Of a stretch of 64,000 nt of DNA, positions 1 through 13,035 are shown piece by piece. The DNA is from Octopus vulgaris (taxonomy: Eukaryota), in contig OX597816.1 of assembly GCA_951406725.2 (NCBI GenBank), positions 172,112,001-172,176,000 on the forward strand. Direction: 5' to 3'. Each line of letters opens with the position of its first letter. Position 1 is the stretch's first letter. Below the pieces are notes generated by a model that saw only the letters and a program-made list of their open reading frames with translations, searched no databases and was not told where the DNA came from. Made by a program: the position numbers and the translations under genes.

Positions 1-179
1 AGCAAAAATATTACTGGACAAACTGAGCCACTTGGTGTGTAGCAGAGTATGAATTGGTAAATTTATTGGTCTGAATAACAGAATAAAATTTAGTGTTAAA
101 GCAAAAATGATAACAAAAGAGATTGAAAAGCTTTAGCATCAAATAAAATAGTTAATGCCAAAAGTAAGTATATACGAAC

Positions 180-286
180 CTATAATCAACTGCACAATTC
201 CAGAGATGAACATGTAGTTGAGTAAGGATCTTGGGTTGAACATAACCATTTATGGGAAAGTCAGCTACATTTAAAAAGTCCAGTGC
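180..286 (-). CDS. ATG2: ATG2 coding exon (13th/most 3' of 13 seen): ALDFLNVADFPINGYVQPKILTQLHVHLWNCAVDY(R)
   Basis: AG acceptor at 287-288, GT donor at 178-179; phase-0 start matches the previous exon; resembles the recalled vertebrate ATG2B segment FLNIADEPVLGY...HVHLWSCALDYR. Confidence 0.93.
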
Positions 287-560
287 CTAGTTTTAACAAA
301 TACAGATTTTTAATCAATATTAAATACAATTCCATGTAACACAAGAGAGTCATTATCCAGCAAATGGTTGTAAATATAAGCTATCAGACTGTGATTAATT
401 ATTGGTGTCTAGTTGACAAACTAAAATGTTTTAACTTCAGTGAATCCAAAGAGAAAATACAAACTATAATATGAACATCCACAGAAATCTGGATGAAAAA
501 ATGTGTACATTCTACTTTCATATTTCCTTAGAATTCAATGTAAACATCTGGTGAGATTAA

Positions 561-771
561 CCCTTTTGTTACTGTATTTATTTTGAGATGTTCTGTGTTT
601 CTTTCAATTACTTTAAATATAATAAAGAATTTAGTAAAATATCATTCAGCTAGTGTTAGGAACATAAATTGTGACTAAGGTTTGGTGGAAGATTTTAATA
701 CAAAACTTATGAAAACAAGACTTTTGTACTCAGAGCCAGAGCTGGTTTCAGCCGGATTAGAAATGAAAGGG
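561..771. mobile_element. piggyBac-like MITE family 1
   Basis: TTAA|CCCTTT...AAAGGG|TTAA; related copies at 17811-18031 and ~59673-59882. Confidence 0.8.
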
Positions 772-1504
772 TTAAGACAATGCAGAAATAGAAAAGTGTA
801 CTTTGGAAGAAAGATAAAAACAATACAAATATTTAACACAGATATATAATTTATTATGCAGATATATTGTTTATCATAAAGATATAAAGATTTATTAGGT
901 AGAGGTATATATATTTTTAAAGTGGTGTGTGTATTATAGACATAGTTCTATGAAATTTGTAGATAATTAGTATCCCAGCAAACATTTTAGGAAATACAAG
1001 TAATTGCACCTTCCAAATAATAAGAACTACTTAAGTTTAAACTTGTAATTCATGAATGAATACTCAAAATCGTAGTTTATAAATGTCATCAGAAGTATTC
1101 ATCTGAGACAGTCACATTAACTCTGCTCTTGACAGCCATGTTACAATACTTCTCCATCACAGATAACTAAATGCTTCTTTTTCATAAGCTACACCATGGA
1201 GTCAGCCTCAGACTACTACAACTGGCTCTCTTCCTATATATAAGATGTATGAAGGAGACAGACTTCCCAAGCTGCACTGCAGATATGTATAGGAGAGCAG
1301 TAACTCCAAACAAAGGCTGGCACAGAGCAGATGGGTCTCTGTGGTCCTACCACAGTTCAGCTCTGTTTTGCTGGTATTCTGATAAAATACATCAAATATA
1401 TGCTATAATATGATTAGTGACAGGAAGAGTATCCAGTCAAAACAACCATCCAAAAAATGGAACTAAGGAGATAAGGACAGTTCTATATTTAAGAGATGAG
1501 GAAT

Positions 1505-1718
1505 TACTCTTTACTCTTACTCTTTTACTTGTTTCAGTCATTTGACTGCGGCCATGCTGGAGCACCGCCTTTAGTCGAGCAAATCGACCCCGGGACTTAT
1601 TCTTTGTAAGCCCAGTACTTATTCTATCAATCTCTTTTGCCGAACCGCTAAGTGACGGGGACGTAAACACACCACCATCGGTTGTCAAGTAATGCTAGGG
1701 GGACAAACACACACATAT

Positions 1719-1767
<49 letters not shown>

Positions 1768-1930
1768 TACGACAGGCTTCTTTCAGTTTCCGTCTACCAA
1801 ATCCACTCACGAGGCATTGGTTGGCCCGAGGCTATAGCAGAAGACACTTGCCCAAGATGCCATGCAGTGGGACTGAACCCGGAACCATGTGGTTGGTTAG
1901 CAAGCTACTTACCACACAGCCACTCCTGCG
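1505..1930 (-). mobile_element. tRNA-derived SINE family A (central CA/TA microsatellite, (AGTAAAAG)n tail)
   Basis: A box tggctgtgtgg, B box ggttcagtcc; at least 14 copies in the window. Confidence 0.9.
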
Positions 1931-2211
1931 AATTATGTACATTATTTACATTTGACGGATATTTGTCCTCATCAATGTAAAAGGACAGTAATTCTGAATA
2001 AGAACTCATAAAGAGTAAAAGGAGCCTTGAGTCACCCACTTTAGTACTGGGACCCAGTCCACATTAGCAGATGTACAAAACATAGTTGGTTGTTTTCTCT
2101 GTTGTTGTGTGTAGATGACATAGACCATGAAGATCCATAAAATGTGAAATCCAACCAGCTTATGCCATCAGGCAAAAACAAACATGAATAACAATGACAG
2201 TGAAGATGATA

Positions 2212-3487
2212 TTAGGTGTCAAATAGGAAATTTGTAGAAAAGAAAAAAAGTTTGTTAATGTTTTATAAATACAAGGAATAGTTTTATTCCTCAGAGGATG
2301 CACCCATATTGTCAATACACTTTTGCCATTTCAGTGGTAGCTTGTCCAGCTCAGAACTATAAAAGCCTGGCAATCTAGAGTAATAAAATCTTGGAGGGCC
2401 TGTTTTACAGTATCGTCAGAATAACATTTTTTTCCGATCAAAAAGTTATCCAAATTCTGGAAGAAGTGGTAGACAGTGGGGGCAAGATCAGGTGAGTATG
2501 GTGGATGATGGAGAACTTCCAACTCCAACTCCTGTAGTTTTGCCAATGTCATTTTTGCAATGTGTGGTTTGGCGCTGTCTTGCAATAAAATAGGAGTGGA
2601 TCTGTTCACTAATCTAGGCTGTTTTTTTAAAGTTTCTGCATCATTTGGTCCAGTTCGCTGCAGTATATTTCAGTCGTGATTGATGAGCCAGGTTTAATGA
2701 AATCATAATGGATCACACATGTGCCAGACCCCAAACACACACCATCAGCTTCTTTTGATGACTTTTGCTTTTTGGATTGTGTTTTGGTGGCTCGTCTTTG
2801 TCCAACCATTGTGCTGAACATTTATGTTTGTTGTACTGGATCCATTTCTCATCACATCTTACAATTTGATTAAAAAATGATTCATTTTTGAGACGAGAAA
2901 ATAGCATAATGCAGGCTTCCAATCGTTGCTGTTTCTGATTTTCATTGAGTTCAGGTGGAACCCACTTATCCAACTGTTTCACTTTACCGATTTGAACGAC
3001 GAGAGTCAATATTATTTGCTTGCTAACATCAAACAACAATGATAATTCACGGGCACTTTGAGATGGATCTGACTTAACAGTGGCTTTTAGTTCGTCATTA
3101 TCCCCCTTTGTTTCTTGTTGACCACATTGCTCATTTGTGAGGTCAAAGTTACCAGAACGAAATTTTTGCAAACCAATTTGATACTGTTTGCTGTGTAATA
3201 ACATTAGAATGAAATACCCCATCGATATTCTGAGCTGTCTGTGATGCTCTCTTACCAAGAAAGAACTCATATTTCAAAACTGTATGAATTTCCAACTTAT
3301 CCATCTCCAAACAAAAATAGCAAAAAAAAAAAACGATTTATAAATACTTTATAAAGTGCAATATGAGTTTAGATGTGTCAGCTTTCTAACAAAAAATAAA
3401 GATTGTCAAATATAATAATGGCGCAAATTGAGCTGTTGTCAAAGTTTATAATATACCTTACTACAAATTTCATACTTGACGACCTAA
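2212..3487 (-). mobile_element. Full-length but frameshifted mariner (DD34D) transposon
   Basis: ~27-bp imperfect TIRs with TA duplications (2210-2211, 3488-3489); WVPPEL, CDEKWI, LLQDSAKPH and HPPYSPDLAPT motifs split over three ORFs. Confidence 0.92.
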
Positions 3488-3781
3488 TAATATCTCAAAC
3501 AAATGTATTATGTGAATATATACATAATAGATATTTGTTAGATTTGAAAAAAGAAAAACTTTGCATATTTAACTATTTGAGCTATAACAGTTGCTCATGG
3601 AATCGTATGTGACAGTACTTTAAGAAACTAATACATACGGAAGCTGAATTGTAAAAATACTGAACAAATAAGCTGTAGTGCAAAAGTATATTTAAATTGT
3701 TTTTTTTCAAACATATACAATTACATAAATTCATTAAAAGAAATCATAATTATATTTGAAGAGCTATTACAATTATTATAC

Positions 3782-3862
3782 CTGAGAAAACCAACTCTCC
3801 TCTGATGGTGTCATTCTGTGTTTCAATGTGGCACCTTGAACGCCAATAGCAATAGTGAATTC
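3782..3862 (-). CDS. ATG2: ATG2 coding exon: EFTIAIGVQGATLKHRMTPSEESWFSQ
   Basis: 81 nt, phase 0/0, AG/GT borders; resembles recalled ATG2B EFLIAVGLKGATLQHRM...SWHEQ. Confidence 0.93.
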
Positions 3863-5107
3863 CTAGATATAATAAAAGGGGAGATATTTCACTTTAATAT
3901 CATATAAATTGAACCCAAATTATACAGTTTTTTATTGTCTAACAAAGCTTAAGCAAGAGGAACTTAAACACAGCATGTTTTGTGTACAATACAGTCCCAT
4001 TAGAATTTTAGGAATCTTAATAATTACCTCGGGTGTTTACATTCATCTTCTCATACACAGTAATATAAATCCTCAGTCTATATGTATTATTTGGTATAAT
4101 AAACCCTCTACATCTACATTATTAAGTGTATTAATAAATCTACTAAATATATGTATTATCCTGTATACAGTAAATCCTCAATACGTCTACATTACCAGAT
4201 ATGATCATTCTTTCTACTTAAGCACAAGATCTAACATTTGGTGGGAGAGGACTTGTCAATAACATCAACCCCAGTATTCAACTGGTACATATTTTATCAA
4301 TCCTGAAAGGACAAAAGGCAAAGTTCACCATGGTGGAATTTCAATACAGAAAACAAAGCAGAAGGAATGTTGCTAAGCATTCTGTTTGGTGTGCTAATGA
4401 TTCTGCCAGATCACAAACCTAATTACTAGATATATTAATTATAAATCCACTGTATTATAAAACCTGATAGTAAACTCTCAATATACTTGTATTACCAGGT
4501 ATGATAATAAATCCTCAATATATGTATCCTGGTTTCAGAATAGGCAGCACATCAAATTCTGGCATGACATAAAGACAACTAAAAGAATTGGAACAGGAAA
4601 AGCATCTGGCTGCAAAAAATTACTTCCAAACAATTGTCCAACCCATGCCAGCATGGAAAAGCAGATGTAAAATAACAAGTATGATATTAAATTCTCAATA
4701 CTTCAGAATTATTTGCTGTGCTATTAAATTCTTTGTATATCTATAGCATTAGGTACAATAATAAAAATACTTTGCATATGCATATTTCTCATGCTATTTT
4801 TTCATCCACTAAATTTCTCCAAAGTCCAACTGATTACATATTCTTCTGCTAATTCTTAGTTCCATAAAATTTTAACTGTTTGCAGAGTGCAGTACGGTCA
4901 AATGCAGATACTATTTAAATAAAGCACTATTTCATAAATATTCCAATTTATACTCTTTTCTAATCCCTACAGTTTATGCATTGATATCCTACTAAGCATC
5001 ATGCAACATATTTAAAAACAAGGTTATGGAAGTTTACATGAGAAATTGAAATCGTAATTAAAAATTCTGTACACCAATCTTTCAGAAACTTTTATGTATA
5101 AATACCT

Positions 5108-5329
5108 ATTTCTTTTACTACCCACAAGGGGCTAAACACAGAGAGGACAGACGAGCGGATTAAGTCGATTATATCAACCCCAGTGCGTAACTGGTACTTA
5201 TTTAATCGACCCCGAAAGGATGAAAGGCAAAGTCAACCTCGGCGGAATTTGAACTCAGAATGCAGCAGCGGACGAAATACTGCTAGGCATTTCGCCCAGC
5301 GCACTAACATTTCTGCCAGCTCGCCGCCT
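5108..5329 (-). mobile_element. tRNA-derived SINE family B (Deu/Nin-domain-like core)
   Basis: gcctttcatcctttcggggtcgattaaataagtaccag core; 15-bp TSD ttatgtataaatacc; partial copies at ~13158-13292 and 59361-59540. Confidence 0.85.
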
Positions 5330-5819
5330 TATGTATAAATACCAATGAAGTCTTTCTATTCAATATGTTTGTTTAGGTAAAATGAATTTCAATAAGTATA
5401 ACGTGTTTTCTTCTCATAAACTATATTACCAAAACTAGAGTCCTGTTATATACAACTGGAAGGGAAATCCAATAGGAGTTTCTTCAAGAATGTTTTATAC
5501 AATATTAACAAACAGAACCAAATTTAATAATGAAATGTCTAAATGTCTCAGGTGAGATATTGTCAATATAATTATAATTTTCTAGGCTATTAATAATCTT
5601 TAGACTGTATATTTACAGTATTTATAATTATACTGTATTTAAATAAGTTTTGATTTCTAATCATCAAGTGCCTTATTGTTGAATATGCAAATAGTTCCAG
5701 CTCAGGCCAGAACTAGGAAGCTTTATTTTTAAAAAGAGACTAGTAATGGCTATATATTAGAAAGAAGGGGTTACCACAACAAGTCTAAGTTGGGACTATG
5801 TAAGTAAAGTAAATTAAAT

Positions 5820-6222
5820 AGGCGCAGGAGTGGCTGTGTGGTAAGTAGCTTGCTAACCAACCACCTGATTCCGGGTTCAGTCCCACTATGTGGCACCTTG
5901 GGCAAGTGTCTTCTGCTATAGCCTCAGGCCGACCAAAGCCTTGTGAGTGGATTTGGTAGACGGAAACTGAAAGAAGCTCGTCGTATATATATGTATATAT
6001 GTGTGTGAGTTTGTGTGTCTGTGTTTGTCCCTCCAACATCGCTTGACAACCGATGCTGGTGTGTTTACGTCCCCGTAACTTAGCGGTTCGGCAAAAGAGA
6101 CCGATAGAATAAGTACTAGACTTAAAAGAATAAGTCCTGGGGTCAATTTGCTCGACTAAAGGTGGTGCTCCAGCATGGCCGCAGTCAAATGACTGAAACA
6201 AGTAGAAGAGTAAAAGAGAGAG
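5820..6222 (+). mobile_element. SINE family A
   Basis: Reverse complement of 1505-1930. Confidence 0.9.
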
Positions 6223-6764
6223 TATTGTAACTAAACTGATCTTCGTGGGTTTAGATAGGCTTTCCAGTTTAAATGATCAACTGAACAGCCTAGAATAAGT
6301 ATAAAGTGGTTAAATATTCAATAAATACTTACACCTTTAGCCTTAGAAAGAATCAGAGTCAGACTATGTTGACAAAGCCCAACTTTTTTAATTACATTAA
6401 CAGGCCATCCACTGAGTTTCTTAACTACCATCAATTCCAGTTTTCCTCACTAGACTTGGATCAACTTATATAGCTGTAGCAAAAGACATTTGACTAAGAT
6501 GCCTTGCAATTCTGAAATATCATGACTACAAAATAAACTTCTTAAACACTTGGCCATATCTGTGTCTATGTGGACTTATTTAGGAATAAAACACCTGATG
6601 TTGACTGAAGGTCAAACCAACTGAAACTTAGTGTTGATAAAATATGGTAAATATATAGTGTAAAAATGAAAATTGTAATAGTACAAATCGAAGTGAATGT
6701 TATAAATGATATCCTTACAACTGCATTCCTTTCAAAGAAGGTGTTTATTTTAAATTTTGTAACA

Positions 6765-7100
6765 GAAAAGACCCCTATTTATGAATGACCATGGGATTGC
6801 ACCTGGAAAGTTTCCCTCCAATGCACAAGTTCGGGCAAGGTTGTTTATGGAAAACCAGCAGTCACCCATGCATACTGGCCTTCCCTATCCATGCCACTGG
6901 TGTTATCCAAGAATAAGGCAAAGGCTGATACAGCTTGGCACCAGTGATGTCACAACTCATTTATACAGCTGAGGAAATTGGAGCAACATGAAATAAAGTG
7001 TCTTGCTCAAGAATACAACACACAGCCTAGTCCGAGAATTGAACTCACTACTGCATGATTGTAAGTCCAACACTCTAACCACTGAGCCATGCACCTTCAC
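6765..7100 (-). mobile_element. tRNA-derived SINE family D
   Basis: tggctcagtggttagag A box, gagttcaattc B box. Confidence 0.8.
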
Positions 7101-7215
7101 ATTTTAAATTTTATATATTGTAGATAATGGTAAGTTAGATGATATCTTCTATGGCAGGAGACTGTAATACAAAATATGAGACAGAGGGAAAATGGAAAAT
7201 AGAAATAAATCATAC

Positions 7216-7454
7216 CTTCATTGCTGGATAATTAAAGGTATCCATCTTGTTATCTAATTTCACTTTGACAGCAATAGATAACATATCAAGAGAATCTGGA
7301 CCACATCCAACAGGACGACTGCTTTTGTCAAAAGTAAATTCTGATTTAAAGATAGTAGGTAGGAGATCTGATACACTAGATGGTTTCTTTTCAGTAGATG
7401 ATGTCATTTGAGGACTTGTACTCATAAACTGAGATTGGTTACTTTCTACAGGAG
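7216..7454 (-). CDS. ATG2: ATG2 coding exon: ...LLPTIFKSE...DMLSIAVKVKLDNKMDTFNYPAMK
   Basis: Lies within ORF 7210..7470; ttttctattccag acceptor, gtatg donor; phase 1/0; PTI..SE and MLS.AVK motifs. Confidence 0.9.
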
Positions 7455-7677
7455 CTGGAATAGAAAACATTTGTATAAATTGATAGAAGAGTTTGTTTGC
7501 AAAGACAGACTAACAAGAGTTAAACATAAGGTTGTATATATTTATTATCAAAGAATAAGAGAGATTTCATTTCTTTTATCAAACATTTTGTTGCTGCAAC
7601 CCAAATGATTTTTGCAAAACTTTGCCCTCAGCCTATATTGTAAAAAATGTCTTTGTTTTCCTACTACTAACATAGAG

Positions 7678-7850
7678 CAGGGTTCTGTAACTGGTTTGCC
7701 GCCGCACACTGGTGTGCCACAGTGTAACCTGAATATAAATTTTTTTCCTTATACTTTTAGTTATATTTTTAGTTCAGGTGTGCCACCAAATTTTGAAAAG
7801 AACGTAAGTCTTTTGGAAAGAATGCAAGTGGAAAAGGTTGTGGAGCACTG
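7678..7850. mobile_element. hAT-like MITE
   Basis: CAG...CTG termini, 8-bp TSD acatagag/acataggg. Confidence 0.6.
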
Positions 7851-9109
7851 ACATAGGGCTTAAGGCCTGGTATTCAACAAAAGCTATTTTTAAACCTTTT
7901 ATGTAATTTCATCGTTATATACTTCACTACACTGTTCTTTACACTTTAAAATAAATCACTGTGGAACCTTTTAGAAAAGAATTTCTTTCCTGTTAAGTGA
8001 ACATTTATAATATAAAGCTATCTATGTTAACATATATTAAGCAGAGTTGCTTGGTAATTGCCAAGGATTTCTCTCTGCATCAGGAATGCAACGTCTGGAA
8101 TTTAATATGCTGGACCTCCTTAAAGTTTTTTTTTCATTTTTAATTTTATTTTATTTTATTAATTTTTTTTTTTTTTCAGAGAGAAAAAGGCTGCACCAGG
8201 GGTTCTGGAATTGGTGGAAGGCAGAAGGAATTTCTCCTCAAATTGGAGACCAGGTCTGAATGCTTGCAACAATGTGAACACTGTCAAAGGCAGTAAAGGA
8301 GCCAATGGTGGTGTTAAACAGGGCCACAAATCAAATCTATAATGTAAGAACTCAGAAGGCAAAGAACTAGATCAAGTACCATATGGCATCTCATCAAGTG
8401 CACTAACAATTCTGCCAATCCACCACCCTGGACAGATATTTTACTGTCTTTATAAGCTTATTTATGACACCCTCTACATATATCCACGTCCAATTAATTT
8501 TCCTTGAATTACAAAAATGCAATGATAACAATCCCACTCTTAAAAATGTCACAGGAAGTACGTGCGTTCATATTATCTCAGACACAATTTAATCAATGAC
8601 ATCAAGATTCACATGGCACGTTGTCTCAAAAGCTTTTGAATTGATAGAAACAATTTTTCAGAAATGTCATAAAAAAAAAATTTCTGACATTCTTATCATC
8701 TATTCAACCAAGACAATTCCATCAGCTTTATCTCACCTGCCAAAACCAATAATATCATTGCAATATTTACTTTCCTTTCTATTGACTTTAGCTCATCTTT
8801 CCATAATCCGCCAAGTCTCAGAAAACTCTTACCCAAAGGTTTTGTAAATTTACAGAAACCAGGATCATAGTTACCCTCAGCATTTACCCACAGTCAATGT
8901 AAACCTAAATTATATACTATTTTAGTCTAACTTGTAAATCTCTCTGTTCTTTTGCCACAACTATCTATGCAATGCTATGAAAATTTATTTAGCAATGTTT
9001 CACTTTCATAAAAGAAAGTTCCTCTTCCCATTCTTTTGAAAGCGAAATCTCTGGATTTTCAGTTTGAAAGTTTTAATCATTTTTAATAGTTTCTTTTGTT
9101 TTTTTTTTT

Positions 9110-9493
9110 CTTTTACTTGTTTCAGTCATTTGACTGCGGCCATGCTGGAGCACCGCCTTTAGTCGAGCAAATCGACCCTGGGACTTATTCTTTGTAAGCC
9201 CAGTACTTATTCTATTGGTCTCTTTTTGCCGAACCGCTAAGTAACGGGGACGTAAACACACCAGCATCGGTGTCAAGCAATACTAGGGGGTCAAACACAG
9301 ACACACAAACACACACACATACATATATACGACAGGCTTCTTTCAGTTTCCGTCTACCAAATCCACTAACAAGGCATTGGTTGGCCCGGGGCTATAGCAG
9401 AAGACACTTGCCCAAGATGCCATGCAGTGGGACTGAACCCGGAACCATGTGGTTGGTTAGCAAGCTACTTACCACACAGCCACTCCTGCGCCT
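9110..9493 (-). mobile_element. SINE family A
   Basis: Near-identical to 1505-1930. Confidence 0.9.
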
Positions 9494-9697
9494 ATTTTCT
9501 GGATTTTATTTTTGTTTTCAATATTTATTCAAAGTAATAGTCTTTTTCTTTTCTTTCACTAAGTCTGTTAAGTAGCAATTTAATACAAGAATCAAGATTT
9601 TTCCAGCATTATGACAAAGTTTTATACCAGGGCTTCAAAACAATGAAATTTTAAAGCGAACATCACATTAATTTTATAGGAATCTATATCTACTTAC

Positions 9698-9851
9698 GGC
9701 TATGGAAAAGATCTATTTTGTTTGATTGGAAGCAAATAAATTGAAGGTCAGGATCACTGTTATAATTGACAACCATGAAAAGAATAGCATCCTTAGCAGT
9801 AATAGATAATTCACTGTTACAATTGGTTTCATTTGTCACATCTTGTGGAAT
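9698..9851 (-). CDS. ATG2: ATG2 coding exon: IPQDVTNE...LFMVVNYNSDPDLQFICFQSNKIDLFHS
   Basis: cttcag acceptor, gtaagt donor, phase 0/1; resembles ATG2 LF.V..Y......ICL.S...LYH. Confidence 0.88.
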
Positions 9852-10234
9852 CTGAAGATGAAATAGAAGAGATATAAGATACATTAACATCATTTTTTCT
9901 AACGATGGGAACTTTTGCTGATTATATCTTAAAACACAGGTGACTGGGAAAAGTAGAAAACAGTTTACAACTGATGAAATACAAGATAATTTACACCCAC
10001 TCAAGCAATTTAAGGAAAAATGTTAAACAGTATTGAAACTGAAATATTGATTTCAAATTTTGGCACAAGGCCAGCAATTTCATTGGCGGAATGTGATCTC
10101 AGAATGTGAAAACTGACAAAATGCTGCTAAGCATTTTACCTGGGCATGCTAACAATTCTACCTTGTATTGAAACTGAAATAGTAAATATACTAATGTACA
10201 TAATGGTTAAAATTTAAAAATAAATATGTTTACA

Positions 10235-10632
10235 CTGATGCCAGGACCCCTGGACTGGTGGTACGTAAAAAGCACAATCCGAATCGTGGCCGATGCCAGC
10301 GCTGCCTCGACTGGCTTCCGTGCCGGTGGCATGTAAAAAGCACCATCCGAATCGTGGCCGAAGCCGGTTCCGCCTCGACTGGCTTCCGTGCCGGTGGCAC
10401 GTAAAATGCACCAATCCGACCGTGGCCGTTGCGGGTGGCACGTAAAAAGCACCCACTACACTCACGGAGTGGTTGGCGTTAGGAAAGGCATCCAGCTGTA
10501 GAAACATTGCCAGATAAGACTGGAGCCTGGTGCAGCCTTCTGGCTTCCCAGATCCCCGGTCGAACCGTCCAACCCATGCTAGCATGGAAAGCGGACGTTA
10601 AACGATGATGATGATGGTGGTGATGATGATGT
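10235..10632 (+). mobile_element. 5'-truncated RTE 3' UTR copy with minisatellite and (GAT)n tail
   Basis: Same family as 31085-32012; other copies at ~12640-13002(+), 19732-20050(-), 24352-24610(-), 32613-32797(+), 33622-33824(+), 61744-61956(-). Confidence 0.85.
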
Positions 10633-10718
10633 TATTTACATTTTGAAAATATCTAAAATCTTATAAATTTCATTGCGAAACAACTTCATAAATGAGATCA
10701 GTTCTTGTAATAGCTCAC

Positions 10719-10882
10719 CTGTGAAGTGACATGGACTTTACATTTACTTATGTTCAACACTAATGACAGTTTACTCTGCAGCTGACGTTCTGTATTTTGT
10801 TTAGAATGAAAATTGCGCTGACCTAAAGAGGGAAAGCTGCTCATATTTTGACTTTCATCAGAATCACTCTCTGAGTCCATTG
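10719..10882 (-). CDS. ATG2: ATG2 coding exon: MDSESDSDES...SKLSLVLNISKCKVHVTSQ
   Basis: Long pyrimidine tract plus cag acceptor, gtgag donor, phase 1/0 consistent with both neighbours; acidic DSDSD patch as in ATG2. Confidence 0.85.
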
Positions 10883-11458
10883 CTGTGGAAAAAGAAAGAG
10901 AAATTGGAATGTTTCATTCAGTTTGATATAGGAGTTCAGTAATATTTTGATAGTTAAGTTAATCAGATATCACATGATCATAAAAAATATGTCCGAGAAA
11001 ACTTCAAAATGTAAATTCAATACCAAGCAATATTAGACAATATTCTCTAAAGTGTTCACTGTAAACTTTGGATTAGTATAATAAGATAAAATATGAGTTT
11101 TGCATCAATATTTCATATACCTCTCCATTAATCATTACTTAGTAGTCTGGACATAAAATCTATACAAGCTACTTTGATTCTTACAATATATCCCATAAAC
11201 TACATCAATGGCATTATTTTTTCAATTTTTATTAATCTCAAAGACTTTTCAGTTAAGATAAGGGATATCATTAATTTATTATGATGTATTACAGACACTT
11301 ATTTTATCACTATTAGTGATGAAAATATAAAATAAAATATAATTTCATCAGGCAGTCATTGAAATTGACATCAGAGATGGGAAGTACCAGACTAGATACC
11401 ACTAAACATCTAACATGCTTTCTATCAAATAATATCAGCTCTTCAAATATATATATAA

Positions 11459-11856
11459 CTAGCTGTATCGCCCGGCGTTGCTCGGGTTTGTAAGGGAAAT
11501 AACTATATAAGCATTTTTAGAGATGTAAAGTTTAATAGCCATCTCAATATGGCTAACCACAAAGGGGCGGGGTTGTTACTGTAGCTTTTTACGTTCTGAG
11601 ATTTAATAATATATTTTTAGAGAGTTACTTCCCTTATATAATAGCAAAAAAATGCATTAAAAAATGGGAAAAAATGATGGTAAATTTTTTTAAATCGTAG
11701 ACTCATCGTAGACGCGCACTAATACCCAGAAGGGCTCGATATGAATCACGACTATAAGATACCCGCTTTTGGTTACACTGCACCGCAAAATGTGGGAGTA
11801 GTTAGGAATCTAAATCGTAGGAGACAGACACACAACTTCACTTTTATATATAAAGA
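11459..11856 (-). mobile_element. Non-autonomous Helitron (complete)
   Basis: Minus strand: 5' TC...3' CTAG, subterminal CCCG-agcaacgc-CGGG hairpin, inserted between A and T with no TSD. Confidence 0.85.
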
Positions 11857-12999
11857 TGGTAAGAAAGAAAGAAAATAATGGTGTGAAGCCTCAAGTCAAA
11901 TACAATCAGGACATGTCTGGTATGTTATATGTGTGATTTTTTCTTGAAAATTCAATGGATACATGGTACTCTAGTACTGTTTGAGCCAGGTGAATCTTGG
12001 CTACAGAACTAACATAACTATTAATAATATGTGAGGGTCTTTATAACTGAATCGTGAACAACATCGTTTAAATATGACAGCCAGATAAAGTAATATGTTG
12101 TTACCTGCCTGAAAATGAGCGAAAAGTTATAACAAAATGCTTGAAATGAATTTGAAAACTTTCTGTTGACTCTAATTTAGTCTAATTATCTGAACCTTTG
12201 GTGCTTTTAGTTCACTCTGTTACAAGCATTTGGATCAAATCTCTGTATCTGGCAATAATTTGATATCTTGATATATTACTTGCTACTGTACATTCCTTAA
12301 AGTAGTACACCTAAAAGTGGTTCTGTAGATATAACAACAGATGACCCTGTCAGTAAGTCAGGAGGCTGATCTATTATCTTAACAGGTCCACCAGCAGCCA
12401 CTGACAAGGATCAAAGCAGTGGTTATGAGAAACCCTTGCATCCTGGGATTTTTAGCCTTTCTAACCACTCATCACCTCTCTTTGATAATGTGAATAGTTG
12501 CATAGTTCCTCTACAGCAGGAAACCTGTTCTGGCTCCTGAGTTGCTTTAATCCATTATTCCATATCATAAAGTCACTTTCCACTCTTCTGTAGGGCCACT
12601 CAGTTGAAAGTGATCTAAGTTTTGCAAGCTGCTTGGTAACCTCATTAATGCTGGAGCAATGCAAAAAGCATCCAGTACACAATGTAAAGTGTTTGGCATT
12701 AGGAAGGGCATCCAGTTGTAGAAACCATGCCAAAGCAAACACTGGAGCACAATGCAAAATTTGGATCCATTGGATCCTGTCAAAGCTTCCAGCTCATGCC
12801 AGCATGGCACACTGATGTTAACTGATAATGTTGATAAAGCACCCACTACACTCACGGAGTGGTTGGAGTTAGGAAGGGTATCCAGATGTAGAAATCTTGC
12901 CAGATCAGATTGGAGCCTGGTGCAGCCTACTGGCTTCCCAGACACTGGTCAAACTGTCCAACCCGTGCTAGCACGGAAAACAGATGTTAAACGATGATG

Positions 13000-13035
<36 letters not shown>

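Noticed and set aside
1692-1955. Recurrent short ORFs (RQASFSFRLPNPLTR.., GLLSVSVYQIHSQG.., YIYIYI runs)
   Set aside because: Translations of SINE family A and microsatellites, not genes
8560-9010. Possible ancient LINE RT fragment on the minus strand (SKAFET..H..L)
   Set aside because: Too degenerate to call from a single motif
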